From an uncultured Nitrospirales bacterium (GTDB taxonomy: Bacteria; Nitrospirota; Nitrospiria; Nitrospirales; NS-4), in contig CAZSUT010000002.1 of assembly GCA_964610095.1 (NCBI GenBank), forward strand, positions 27,027-91,026: a stretch of DNA of 64,000 nt, read 5' to 3'. The position numbers and the translations under genes are program-made. The notes beneath the pieces were generated by a model. It made no database searches. It was not told the DNA's origin and was given only the letters and a program-made list of their open reading frames with translations. Below are positions 1-9,240 of this stretch, piece by piece (the first letter of the stretch is position 1; each line of letters opens with the position of its first letter).

Positions 1-458
1 AAACCACCGTTGATCGGTCCAATCACAAAGGGGATGGGGCCTCGTCGCAGAAGGCAAGCGAAGAGACTTGGCAAAACCGAGGTTACTGGGTTCAGACGCA
101 GGACCACATCGAAGTCGCCCGCCACGATCCGAGTCCGCATACGCCGCCAGGCATACCACTCAAAGGCCAGAGAAAAGGGATATTGGAAAGCGGTCACAGC
201 CTGTGCTGCATAATCATTCCTAAAAATCCAGCGAAAACTCCAAGCAAAGATGCGATCGAGCCACGGAAGGCTGATAGCCTCGATGGCATAAAAGGGTGCC
301 TGCCTGCGGCGCACGGCCTCTTCATTGCAACGGCGGATTACTATGGTCACGGAATGGAGTCGAGCGAGGGCTTCACTATGGCAATAGCCAACGAGGGCGC
401 TGCTAAAGGAGTCCGGGTTACTGTCCGGAGCCAGTAGTAAGACGCGTAGCGCGTTCAT
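1..458 (-). CDS. Glycosyltransferase (GT-B/GT4-like), N-terminal part; the gene runs off the window start
   Basis: ATG at 458-456 on the minus strand, with the frame open to position 1. It is absent from the ORF track because no stop lies in the window. My translation is MNALRVLLLAPDSNPDSFSSALVGYCHSEALARL...FVIGPINGG, which looks like the N-terminus of a GT-B glycosyltransferase. It lies 40 nt downstream of the flippase gene on the same strand. Confidence 0.5.
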   Translation of the reverse strand, partial: MNALRVLLLAPDSNPDSFSSALVGYCHSEALARLHSVTIVIRRCNEEAVRRRQAPFYAIEAISLPWLDRIFAWSFRWIFRNDYAAQAVTAFQYPFSLAFEWYAWRRMRTRIVAGDFDVVLRLNPVTSVLPSLFACLLRRGPIPFVIGPINGG

Positions 459-497
459 AATCCGAGACCTACTTCAGCCCTCGTCGCATAGCACGCC

Positions 498-2135
498 CTA
501 CTTGGTCGTACAGTCCCAGGTACTAGCCCAAACTCCACGCGAATGAGCTGAAAACGGTAAGGCTTCGAAGGCGAGCCGCAGGTATGACAAGTGCTCGATC
601 AGCTTCTGCTTACCTTTTGGCAGGAGAGCCCACACTCCGCAGTACAAAAGAGGAGCCAGAAGAAGTGAAAAGCCAACTTCTTCAAGCGCATTCGGAGGTC
701 TAAAGTTATAACGGATCATAATTAGTAGAAGGCTCATTATCATGCTGGATAGCGCGGGCAAAGATACTGCCTCAAAAAAAAGTCTTATTGAGATGGGGGT
801 GTTCTTATAACTGAACCATAAAAAGGGCACAAGCGTCAGGTAGGTGTATGCCACATAAGCTGTGGCAACGCCGATGATACCCCAATTAACTCCGATACAA
901 TACGCGAAAGCCAGACACATCGCACTGATTACTCCCAAACAAAAATAGGCTTTTGTTCGGTGAGAAGTAACCATAACAATTCCGCAAGTGGCGGCAATGG
1001 GTTCAACGAAGGCCGCTAATGCGAGAATCTGGAGAACGGACGATGATGCAATCCACTTTTCGCCGAGAACTAACGTGACAACGCTTTCAGAATAAACTGC
1101 AAGATAGGCGATGAGGGGCATGTAGCCAAAAGACAGGAAAGAAACAACTTTTTTGTAATAATTACGATATCTTTCAGGATCACACTGCAGTGCACTGAGC
1201 GCGGGTGTCATAACATAAGTAAGAGGATAGCTAAACAGACTTGCTGGCAGCAAAATGAGCTGAGCGGCTTGCCTATACAATCCAACTGGCTCAGGCCCCC
1301 AAAACTTGCCGAGCAAGATCTGGTCGAGATTGCGTGAGAAGAAGACTACACTGTTGAACCCGGTTATATGTTTACCTGTCCGAATCAACGAACCGATGCC
1401 TGATGTGATCTTGGGGAATCCAGGTAACCAGCGGTACAAAAGCCAGACTCCAATCGCGTCAACAACTGTTCGGGAGACTTCCTTCACGACTAACGCCCAG
1501 TACTCGAATCCTCGCCAGGCTAATAAGATGCCTATCGCAAAGCTCAAGGCTGTGGAGAACACTTGAATGATTGCCAGACGAGTAAAGTGCATATGTCGAC
1601 GCAGCAGGGCCTGATGCTGGATAGTCAATCCGCTGAAAAAGAAAGTGGATGAAATGGCAATCGTGACCCAGAGCAGACGGGCATCGCCGTAAAACACCGA
1701 TATGAGAGGTGATGCACCAACAAACAGGAGCATGATCAGGGTGCCCACACCCGTATTGATCCAAAAAAGCGTACTGATTTGCTCGTTGGTTATTTCCCTT
1801 TGTTGGATGGTTGCAGTGCCAAGGCCGAAATCTTTGAACATGTCAGCGAAGGCAGTTAAAGCGATCACCATGCCGATAAGTCCAAAGTGCTCAGGCATGA
1901 GAAGACGAGCCAAAACCACCGTTCCCCCAAGCCTGAAGATGTTGCAGACGATTTCGGAAATTGCAATACTCACTCCACCTCTAACCGACTTTCCTGCGAG
2001 GTCACGCCTTAGGTGTTCAATGTCACCTATAGGCTGGTTCATCTCGAGATTGGTTTCGCTTTCGTTGTTATTTCTGGCTGTCACCCCCGATACCTTTCTC
2101 AAACTCGACAGAAAGGACAACGCGTGCAGTGGCAT
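498..2135 (-). CDS. Polysaccharide flippase/exporter (MOP/Wzx-like, polysaccharide biosynthesis protein family)
   Basis: 545-aa polytopic membrane ORF with many hydrophobic helices and a typical Wzx-like size, sitting in a glycan cluster. An alternative start is M32 at 2042. Confidence 0.75.
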   Translation of the reverse strand: MPLHALSFLSSLRKVSGVTARNNNESETNLEMNQPIGDIEHLRRDLAGKSVRGGVSIAISEIVCNIFRLGGTVVLARLLMPEHFGLIGMVIALTAFADMFKDFGLGTATIQQREITNEQISTLFWINTGVGTLIMLLFVGASPLISVFYGDARLLWVTIAISSTFFFSGLTIQHQALLRRHMHFTRLAIIQVFSTALSFAIGILLAWRGFEYWALVVKEVSRTVVDAIGVWLLYRWLPGFPKITSGIGSLIRTGKHITGFNSVVFFSRNLDQILLGKFWGPEPVGLYRQAAQLILLPASLFSYPLTYVMTPALSALQCDPERYRNYYKKVVSFLSFGYMPLIAYLAVYSESVVTLVLGEKWIASSSVLQILALAAFVEPIAATCGIVMVTSHRTKAYFCLGVISAMCLAFAYCIGVNWGIIGVATAYVAYTYLTLVPFLWFSYKNTPISIRLFFEAVSLPALSSMIMSLLLIMIRYNFRPPNALEEVGFSLLLAPLLYCGVWALLPKGKQKLIEHLSYLRLAFEALPFSAHSRGVWASTWDCTTK

Positions 2136-2298
2136 AGCAATACTTTTCTTATGCTTCTAGCGATCTGAAGATATGCGCAGAAGAGTGCCTTTGTGGTTCA
2201 GTCTTAGCCTTCTGTATGGCTTGGCAGAGAAAAAGCAGAAACTTCTAAATAATTGTGCTTGGGTACAGCGATGCATAGATCAGACCGGCGCAACGTCG

Positions 2299-3225
2299 CT
2301 ATCGTGGGACGAGCTGGAAACTATCTGGCCACTTCAAATTAAGTATGGCCTTAAGTATTGCTTTGAGCTTCAGCATTTGCTCCTTTCGATGGAATCTCAT
2401 GAGTTCGTCTGAAACAGGTCTTTCTATCCGGCGCAAAAGGGACCATGAATACCCCAACCCCAATACAATCCCTCCTATCAAATAGGGCTTCTTTGTCATT
2501 CTATACGCGACCCTGAAAAGCTCCCATACTGGATGCCCACCTAGAAAGTAGTCTTTCTCGCCGGATGAAAAGACTGCCGCTAGGACACCTCGACCGGCTG
2601 TCCCCGCACGCCGGTGGTGCCAGAAAACTTTCTCCCGAAATGATTGCGTCTTCCAGCCGATCATTCGGGCGGCTGTGACAGCGATCCAGTCGATTCCGCC
2701 GGCCTTGTTTGGGATATATCCACCAATGTCCTCGAAGCATCTGCGTCGGAACAACTGGCACGCACCATCAACGCTACCCTGCCCCGTGAAACTGTCAGTT
2801 TCCGAGCTGTAGCCTTCTTCTTTGAAAATTGTTCCGGCAACTCCAAGGTTGGGGGTCTCTTTGAATTTGTACAAGAGAAATTCAAAATGATCCTTGTCGA
2901 ATGAGATATCCGCATCTATATTACCTATAACTTCATAATCGAAACTTTTGACTCTCTCATAGCCAGCGTTGAAACAACGGACCTTTGCGGCAAAGTTATG
3001 ATCTCTGTGTTGTGGCATCCTGATCATTTCGATCCAGTCATATTTCGAGAGATATCGGCTCACAATAATTGCCGTAGAGTCTGTCGATCCGTCATCCACG
3101 ATCACCCACTTAGCGGGTAAGACAGTCTGAAATATCATCGATCGGATGGTTTTCTCGATGAACGCCTCTTCATTACGAGCAGGGGTGATGAGGACGTATG
3201 GCAAGTACGAGCTACGATGAGTCAT
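2299..3225 (-). CDS. Family 2 glycosyltransferase
   Basis: The N-terminus ITPARNEEAFIEKTIRSMIFQTVLPAKWVIVDDGSTDST matches the GT2 nucleotide-binding/DxD region. Confidence 0.85.
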   Translation of the reverse strand: MTHRSSYLPYVLITPARNEEAFIEKTIRSMIFQTVLPAKWVIVDDGSTDSTAIIVSRYLSKYDWIEMIRMPQHRDHNFAAKVRCFNAGYERVKSFDYEVIGNIDADISFDKDHFEFLLYKFKETPNLGVAGTIFKEEGYSSETDSFTGQGSVDGACQLFRRRCFEDIGGYIPNKAGGIDWIAVTAARMIGWKTQSFREKVFWHHRRAGTAGRGVLAAVFSSGEKDYFLGGHPVWELFRVAYRMTKKPYLIGGIVLGLGYSWSLLRRIERPVSDELMRFHRKEQMLKLKAILKAILNLKWPDSFQLVPR

Positions 3226-3654
3226 TCAGGACCTGCGCTCCACGATCACCAGAGTCCATTTGCAGGGCGTCCTTAGATCACCAAACAGCCCGCTAATCAA
3301 AAACCATAGGGCGAGGCGCGTTGGGACATAGGTCCGCTTCAGGTAATATCCTGGCTTGGCAGCCACGGTGTCCATGTACTCAGGCTCAGGCTTGGTCAGC
3401 TTCCTCTCGAACCCTGGGACGCGGAGGCGTGTCGAGTATAGCCTGTCGTCCTTGTATCGAATCGGCACCACGAAAATCCCGTAAACTTGATGAGGACCTT
3501 TCCAGGGTTGAACGACAACCTCCATCGCCTGAATCTCATGCACCTTGGAATCAACCTTTGGTTCTGCTGGGCATGGGTTCACCGGTGGCTTATTGATGAG
3601 CCACACCATCACCGTCATCAGCAGTGCGAACCCGACTGCGGTTGCCTTAAGCAC
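3226..3654 (-). CDS. Hypothetical membrane-anchored protein
   Basis: 142 aa with one N-terminal TM helix (AVGFALLMTVMVWLI). Its stop abuts the GT2 start. No motif recognised. Confidence 0.4.
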   Translation of the reverse strand: MLKATAVGFALLMTVMVWLINKPPVNPCPAEPKVDSKVHEIQAMEVVVQPWKGPHQVYGIFVVPIRYKDDRLYSTRLRVPGFERKLTKPEPEYMDTVAAKPGYYLKRTYVPTRLALWFLISGLFGDLRTPCKWTLVIVERRS

Positions 3655-3660
3655 CTCTAT

Positions 3661-4893
3661 TCACGGACATGTAGGTGCCGGAACGGGAATCTGATCGCCG
3701 GCCACTTTCGTCGGCTTCACCAACTGAGCAACCACCCGTTCCTGCTGCTCGGGGGAGAGCTGGGGGAACATCGGGAGGGAAAGCACTTGGGAAGCTGCCT
3801 GCTCGGCGACCGGGAAGTCACCCGGCCGGAATCCGAGAGCCTGGTAGGCCTTCGCAAGGTGAAGCGGGATCGGGTAGTGAATACCCGTGCCAATGCCTGC
3901 GGCGGAGAGCTCGCGCTGGACACGCTCTCGGTCCGCAACCCGTACCACATAGAGGTGGTAGACCGGTCGGGACCATGACGGCACATGAGGAAGAATCACG
4001 GATACATCGGCGTCTGTGAAGGACCCGTCGTACCGGCGTGCACACTGCCGGCGATGTTCGTTCCATTTCGCCAGATGGCGAAGCTTCACGCGCAATATAC
4101 CTGCCTGGATGGCATCGAGCCGGCCGTTGTATCCCTCGATCTCGTGGAAGTACTTCCTCGACTGGCCGTGGTCGCGTAGCATCTGGCAGCGCCGCGCCAG
4201 TCGCTCGTCGTCGGTGGTGACGGCTCCCGCTTCGCCGCAGGCGCCCAAATTCTTGCCGGGATAGAAGCTGAACGCCGCGGCGCGGCCCATCGAGCCGGCC
4301 TTGCGCCACCGGTCTTCCTTTCTTGAGAAATACTCTGCGCCGTGCGCTTGGCAGGCGTCCTCGACGACGATGAGGTCGTACTGGGTCGCCAGATCGAGGA
4401 TGGGGTCCATGTCGGCCATCTGCCCGTACAAGTGCACGGGGATGACCGCCGTCACCGGGCTGCCAGTGCGCTTGCTCACTACGCGGCCCGTCGCCTGACT
4501 TGGTGTGCATTCGGTCTCGAGGTAGGCGCGCAGCTTCTCCGAGTCCATGGTGTAGGTGCGCTCATCAATGTCGACGAAGTCCGGCCGCGCGCCCGCCTGC
4601 GAGATCGCCTCCGTGGTGGCGATGAAGGTGAGCGGTACAGTAACGACCGTATCGCCCGGTTGCACACCGGCCGCAATCAGGGCGAAACGCAAAGCGTCTG
4701 TGCCACTCCCCACGCCGACGCAACACTGCGCTCCGCAAAACTCCGCAAACTCCCGCTCGAGGTCTTCCACCATCGATCCGCCGACGAATCCAGCACTTCT
4801 CAGAGCCGTCTTGAAAACCGCCACCAATTGCTCTTCCAGCTCCGGCTGTAGAGTGACCAAGTCCACCAGTGGAATCTTCCCGTTGGTATTCAT
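3661..4893 (-). CDS. DegT/DnrJ/EryC1/StrS-family PLP-dependent sugar aminotransferase
   Basis: 410 aa. Family hallmarks are GSGTDALRFAL, VIPVHLYGQ, EDACQAHGA and FSFYPGKNLGA. Confidence 0.9.
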   Translation of the reverse strand: MNTNGKIPLVDLVTLQPELEEQLVAVFKTALRSAGFVGGSMVEDLEREFAEFCGAQCCVGVGSGTDALRFALIAAGVQPGDTVVTVPLTFIATTEAISQAGARPDFVDIDERTYTMDSEKLRAYLETECTPSQATGRVVSKRTGSPVTAVIPVHLYGQMADMDPILDLATQYDLIVVEDACQAHGAEYFSRKEDRWRKAGSMGRAAAFSFYPGKNLGACGEAGAVTTDDERLARRCQMLRDHGQSRKYFHEIEGYNGRLDAIQAGILRVKLRHLAKWNEHRRQCARRYDGSFTDADVSVILPHVPSWSRPVYHLYVVRVADRERVQRELSAAGIGTGIHYPIPLHLAKAYQALGFRPGDFPVAEQAASQVLSLPMFPQLSPEQQERVVAQLVKPTKVAGDQIPVPAPTCP

Positions 4894-6101
4894 CGCGCAA
4901 CCCTCAATTCTTTGGCGACAGACTGACCCCTTCCTCGTGCCAACTCCACCAACTCCCCTAGTTGTTTCTCCCGCGCCTCCATCGCCGGTGTCGGCTTCAG
5001 TCCCGCGATACCAAGGATCTCCCTCCAGCGGTACACCCAGTCATGACGCCGAAGCGCTTCCTCTGCATTTCGACAACTGATCTCTCGGAGCCGCTCGGGA
5101 TCGGCTGACAGTCTCGCAAACACCTCCACTACATCCGAACCGTCTGGCTGGATCTCAATGACCGCTTGCGGCCAGTCGAAGTGCCGGCGGTATGCTTCAC
5201 AATCGGGTGCCTGCCCAACCAGGACTGCGCCCGCCGCCAATCCCTCGAAATAGCGAAAGCCAAGAGTGACCTGACCGTGGGTTTCCTCCGGGGAATTCAT
5301 CTTCCCCGGCGCCACTATGAAGAAGCGGCTCCGCTTTGCTTTGTTGGCGTAAAGATCGCGATGCTGTGCGTAGTCCGGCGTCTTGCTGTAACCCGCGTTA
5401 TCCAGCGTGTCGTAAATGTAGAAGATCTTCTTGGTCGCTGCCAACTTGAGAAGAGCTCGGTGTATCCCTGCCCATCTGCGGCCAATGCTGTAAACGTCAA
5501 TGACCCGTGCTGGTGGGTTCGGATACGGGCTGAAGCGGATCGCGTCCACTCCCGCCTGTATCTCGTGACACGGACGCCCGATGGCGTCACCGAGGGCTTT
5601 GCCTGACCCGCCTATTCCCAGTATCACGTGGTCAAACCTGTTTAAAATGGGCAGCCAGTACTGAATCTGTGGCACATGGCCTGACCACAATTCGTCAATC
5701 CAGCAGACGCTGGTCCTGCAATGATCCCGCCATCCTTCGATTGCGTTGGCATACCACACATCCTGGAAGTCTGAGCAGACAAACATAAACAAGTCGTAAT
5801 CCCTCGTAAGCCGCACCGGTCGGAGTCCCGGGTTGAGGGACACCAGCCTCCGGGACACGTCGTGGTTAACAAGTCGCGTCAGCCATTTCTCTCTAAACGC
5901 GAATCCGTTGGAAGGCTCCAAGGGAATTAAGTCGACGTCATTACAGCCCACAAGGACGTCTTGAGCTTCGTATAACGCTGTTCGGAAGGCATTCCTGGCA
6001 AACGCCGAGAAGGTCGGCATACAGATCCGGGGTTCGCGCGAGCCTTCTGAAGACTCTGCGGTGTTCACGGACATGGCCCTCTTCGCTCTAGCCAACGTCA
6101 T
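4890..6101 (-). CDS. Glycosyltransferase-like protein (CgeB / Glyco_trans_1_2-like C-terminus)
   Basis: The ORF track gives 4890..6203. The M35 start at 6101 lies 5 nt after the upstream stop at 6107. The C-terminal FRYFEGLAAGAVLVG segment resembles GT1-type/CgeB proteins. There is a 4-nt overlap with the aminotransferase start. Confidence 0.5.
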   Translation of the reverse strand: MTLARAKRAMSVNTAESSEGSREPRICMPTFSAFARNAFRTALYEAQDVLVGCNDVDLIPLEPSNGFAFREKWLTRLVNHDVSRRLVSLNPGLRPVRLTRDYDLFMFVCSDFQDVWYANAIEGWRDHCRTSVCWIDELWSGHVPQIQYWLPILNRFDHVILGIGGSGKALGDAIGRPCHEIQAGVDAIRFSPYPNPPARVIDVYSIGRRWAGIHRALLKLAATKKIFYIYDTLDNAGYSKTPDYAQHRDLYANKAKRSRFFIVAPGKMNSPEETHGQVTLGFRYFEGLAAGAVLVGQAPDCEAYRRHFDWPQAVIEIQPDGSDVVEVFARLSADPERLREISCRNAEEALRRHDWVYRWREILGIAGLKPTPAMEAREKQLGELVELARGRGQSVAKELRVAR

Positions 6102-6106
6102 GCAAT

Positions 6107-7078
6107 TCACTCTTCGGCTGCAGATTTCACAAGCACCTGCAGAGGGGGGCTCAACGGGTACAGAGCGACTGTCTGGAACACCGAGGAGTACCGGATCCTC
6201 CAATCAGGCCTTCTCCTATCGAAGGGTTCCAATCCCCAGTATTCCCAAGGCCAGTCCGTCCTCAGGGATGGATCACCATCATGAATGTCTTCGATCATCT
6301 CCTGGACCGGTCTCCAGGCAAGATCACGTGCAACCTTTGTTCGAACGTCAAGATCGATTCCGCGAACGAATAGATATCCACCTGTATTAACCAATCGAGC
6401 AATGTTTCGTAGACATGCCTCTGCATACTGGTGCTCCATATGGCAAAGAAAGTTATTGGCCACTACCATGTCTTGGCGACCAAAAACATTTGCGATTTCC
6501 TGATCTCCAGCATCCGCATGATGCCAGGTGATGCCTTCCTTGAGCCAGGACTTAATCCTCACATCGTCCCCTTCCTTGTCGAACAGATGCTCCATTTCCT
6601 CTTCTGTCATTCGTTTAAAAATGGGTTCATCGACCAATTCCGGAGCTTTGAGGGAGTACACTCCTTGTTTGGCTAAATCGAGAACCTTCTCCGAGATATC
6701 CACAGCATGCGCAATGACTTTCAAGTCCGGCCGTGCTGAGCGGATTGTCCATAGGACCGAATAAACCTCAGCCCCATTGCTGCATCCCAAGAATCCGATT
6801 TTTAAGACAGAACCTTTGCCCTTCTGATCCGCAAGACGGCGGATCAATTCCAGTTCAGGACGGTTCCGGCAAAAAAAGGTGCCGTGAAACTGGCGACGCG
6901 CAGCGGTTAGGCGAACTAAGCCATGCAGGAAGCTCCCGTATGAACGGAAAGGACGAAGCGTCGTTAGGGATAGAGGCAGGTGGTTCCAGAGCCATTTATT
7001 TACCCGCAGATAAGCGTTGACAGGAGATTTCCGAAACACTCGCACTCGTATTATTTTGGTCAGAACCGGTTGACTCAT
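6107..7078 (-). CDS. CheR-type SAM-dependent methyltransferase
   Basis: LKIGFLGCSNGAEVYSVLWTIRSARPDLKVIAHAVDISEKVLDLAKQGVYS resembles the CheR methyltransferase SAM-binding core (compare W-S-A-G-C-S-x-G-E-E-x-Y-S). Confidence 0.65.
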   Translation of the reverse strand: MSQPVLTKIIRVRVFRKSPVNAYLRVNKWLWNHLPLSLTTLRPFRSYGSFLHGLVRLTAARRQFHGTFFCRNRPELELIRRLADQKGKGSVLKIGFLGCSNGAEVYSVLWTIRSARPDLKVIAHAVDISEKVLDLAKQGVYSLKAPELVDEPIFKRMTEEEMEHLFDKEGDDVRIKSWLKEGITWHHADAGDQEIANVFGRQDMVVANNFLCHMEHQYAEACLRNIARLVNTGGYLFVRGIDLDVRTKVARDLAWRPVQEMIEDIHDGDPSLRTDWPWEYWGLEPFDRRRPDWRIRYSSVFQTVALYPLSPPLQVLVKSAAEE

Positions 7079-7170
7079 TTAATTCTGCTTTTCGCCTGCA
7101 ATTCCTCCCTTCGCGGTATAAAGGGTGTGGCTATATTGGTCGGCTTGAGTAACGACAACGCATTGTTGCC

Positions 7171-7824
7171 TTAAATGACTGCTTTTCTACAATAGAAGCC
7201 TTCTGCGTATTTCTCAGGAGCTCGAGACTCGATTCCTCGAATCCTGAGTATTGACAAAAGAGCGTCGGCGGTGAACCAATCTTTATTTCTCTGCGTCTGA
7301 AAGGACTCCATCACATACTTGATCTTTTGCTTGCATACTTCCTCATCTAAATGAACAAAGCAATTTGGCACACCGAGATCTCCATCGTACTTGATAATTT
7401 CGTATTCGAGGATGAAATGATCCCTATAGGTATTCCATGTCAATTCTGATACTAGGCGATGATCCTGGTGGAGATCTCCGCGATAATGGGTAAAAATCAT
7501 ATCTGGAGATACCCGTTTTTTTAGCTTCTCGAAAAAGGTCTTTATTTCTTTTCCTATATAGGGAAAAAAGCTGGTCTTGAAATTTTCGATGATGATTTCC
7601 TTCTTTTTTGCACCCGCTAAAAATTTGTTTGCGCTCACAACTGCTTCTCCATCTCTTTGGTCGTCTGATCCAAGAACCACCCAGTGGACTTCAACCACAT
7701 CATATGCGGATAACAGCCTTAAGATTGTTCCTCCGCAGCCGATTTCTATATCATCACTGTGCGCACCGAGGCACAAAAGTTTCAGGTTTTGCTCTTTTCT
7801 CTTATCGAATTCCAATTTCAGCAT
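7171..7824 (-). CDS. PIG-L/LmbE-family de-N-acetylase
   Basis: LCLGAHSDDIEIGCGGTILRL is the PIG-L AHPDD-like motif. A later HQDH is also present. Confidence 0.8.
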   Translation of the reverse strand: MLKLEFDKRKEQNLKLLCLGAHSDDIEIGCGGTILRLLSAYDVVEVHWVVLGSDDQRDGEAVVSANKFLAGAKKKEIIIENFKTSFFPYIGKEIKTFFEKLKKRVSPDMIFTHYRGDLHQDHRLVSELTWNTYRDHFILEYEIIKYDGDLGVPNCFVHLDEEVCKQKIKYVMESFQTQRNKDWFTADALLSILRIRGIESRAPEKYAEGFYCRKAVI

Positions 7825-7887
7825 ACTGCTCTCTTCGCTTAGATCCTTCGATGCAATTCTTGATGAGCGTCGCCCTGGTTCTAGGGC

Positions 7888-9183
7888 TCAGGGCAATGAT
7901 TTGGATAGTCGACACACTGCTGCGCTGCTATCGAGGTTATTAGACAGGACCTCAGTGAAGATGAAAGTGTATTGCTGTTCCAACGCCTGGCGGAATTCAT
8001 CTGTCTTCTGTTTAATCAACGGCCTCAGCTGCTCTGCATTTCGCTCAAGGTCGCAGAATTGGCCGATCAACCTATCAGCATTGAGGTGATGAATATCTTG
8101 ACAGTATTCGGAAAGTCCCATTTCGTTCATCAAGGAGGCACACTTATCATGGAACGAGATAGAGATTACCGGTTTGTTGAGCATCAGCGCTAACAGAACA
8201 TTGTGAAACCGAGTTGCAACTACGACATCGGCTGCGGCGAGCTGTGAGAGTAAGTCCTCAACAGAGAACACCGGGTCATCGATAATCTGCCCTTGACCAT
8301 GCATTGGTGCGTGTTCTTGCAGTATGCCTCTGAAATCTCGTTTCACGGAATTGTCGAATAACACGTCACCAATGAGTAACCTGACGTCATATTGATGGGC
8401 GAGCAACCAATTTACGAAGATCGCAAGTTTGTCCAAATATTCCCAATAGATATCCTTGGAAGCCTTCCCTCCGCTCAACTCGCCGGCATAACTCATTAAG
8501 CCGATGCCAACAATAGCTTTTTGCCTTTTGGAATTGTCAGCACGAGGTATCGTAGTTTCAGGGAGGCTGAACGCCAAGTCAGGATACACCCGGTCTTTCT
8601 CTGTCGGAAACCCGATGCCTTTAAGGTACCTTTTAGTAGAGGTGTCTCGATAAGACCGGAAGTCTGCCAATGAAAGAGCTGACCTAATGAACCACCTACT
8701 GAGAGGGCTGTCTATAGGACCGGCCCCGACGCTTACATAGAGCAGTTTGCATCCGCACAATTTTGCTACCAATGACCATTTGAACATTTCATAGGGCCAG
8801 CCAAAAGAGCATGAGTAAACATCTGACAGGAATCCCGTTCCCGGGACGAGGAGGACTTGTGTGCCCCTCAAGATCTTAAAAGCCTTGATTGTATGAAATA
8901 GCTCTTCTGGTATTCGAACCAAGACCCGTCGAAGAAATCTAATCAGGATGTTGCACAGTCCTGACCGCATTCCTGAATTACCGCCTCTGAGATAGCGCTC
9001 AGACATTGGAAATGCAGGGATGTTGTGCCTTGCTGATGTGTCTTCTGGAACTGTGCAGACACAGTTCAGTTCCGCACCTGGTAGGTATTTTTGAACATTA
9101 TTGATAATTGCTTGAAGAGTGCATTCGTTGCCCAGGTTTTGCTGACCAAAGACTCCAAACAAACAGAGTCTCTTTGGCTTCAT
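7888..9183 (-). CDS. Polysaccharide pyruvyl transferase family protein
   Basis: CLFGVFGQQNLGNECTLQ at the N-terminus and VVATRFHNVLLALMLNKPVISISF near the C-terminus are typical of the WcaK/CsaB-like family. The ORF-track start at 9198 is TTG. The ATG at 9183 has a GGGGGAAG Shine-Dalgarno 5 nt upstream. Confidence 0.75.
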   Translation of the reverse strand: MKPKRLCLFGVFGQQNLGNECTLQAIINNVQKYLPGAELNCVCTVPEDTSARHNIPAFPMSERYLRGGNSGMRSGLCNILIRFLRRVLVRIPEELFHTIKAFKILRGTQVLLVPGTGFLSDVYSCSFGWPYEMFKWSLVAKLCGCKLLYVSVGAGPIDSPLSRWFIRSALSLADFRSYRDTSTKRYLKGIGFPTEKDRVYPDLAFSLPETTIPRADNSKRQKAIVGIGLMSYAGELSGGKASKDIYWEYLDKLAIFVNWLLAHQYDVRLLIGDVLFDNSVKRDFRGILQEHAPMHGQGQIIDDPVFSVEDLLSQLAAADVVVATRFHNVLLALMLNKPVISISFHDKCASLMNEMGLSEYCQDIHHLNADRLIGQFCDLERNAEQLRPLIKQKTDEFRQALEQQYTFIFTEVLSNNLDSSAAVCRLSKSLP

Positions 9184-9240
9184 TTGATCTTCCCCCAAAT
9201 TTCGTTCTTATCGTGTGGACGCCAAGAGCCATCCCCAAGT

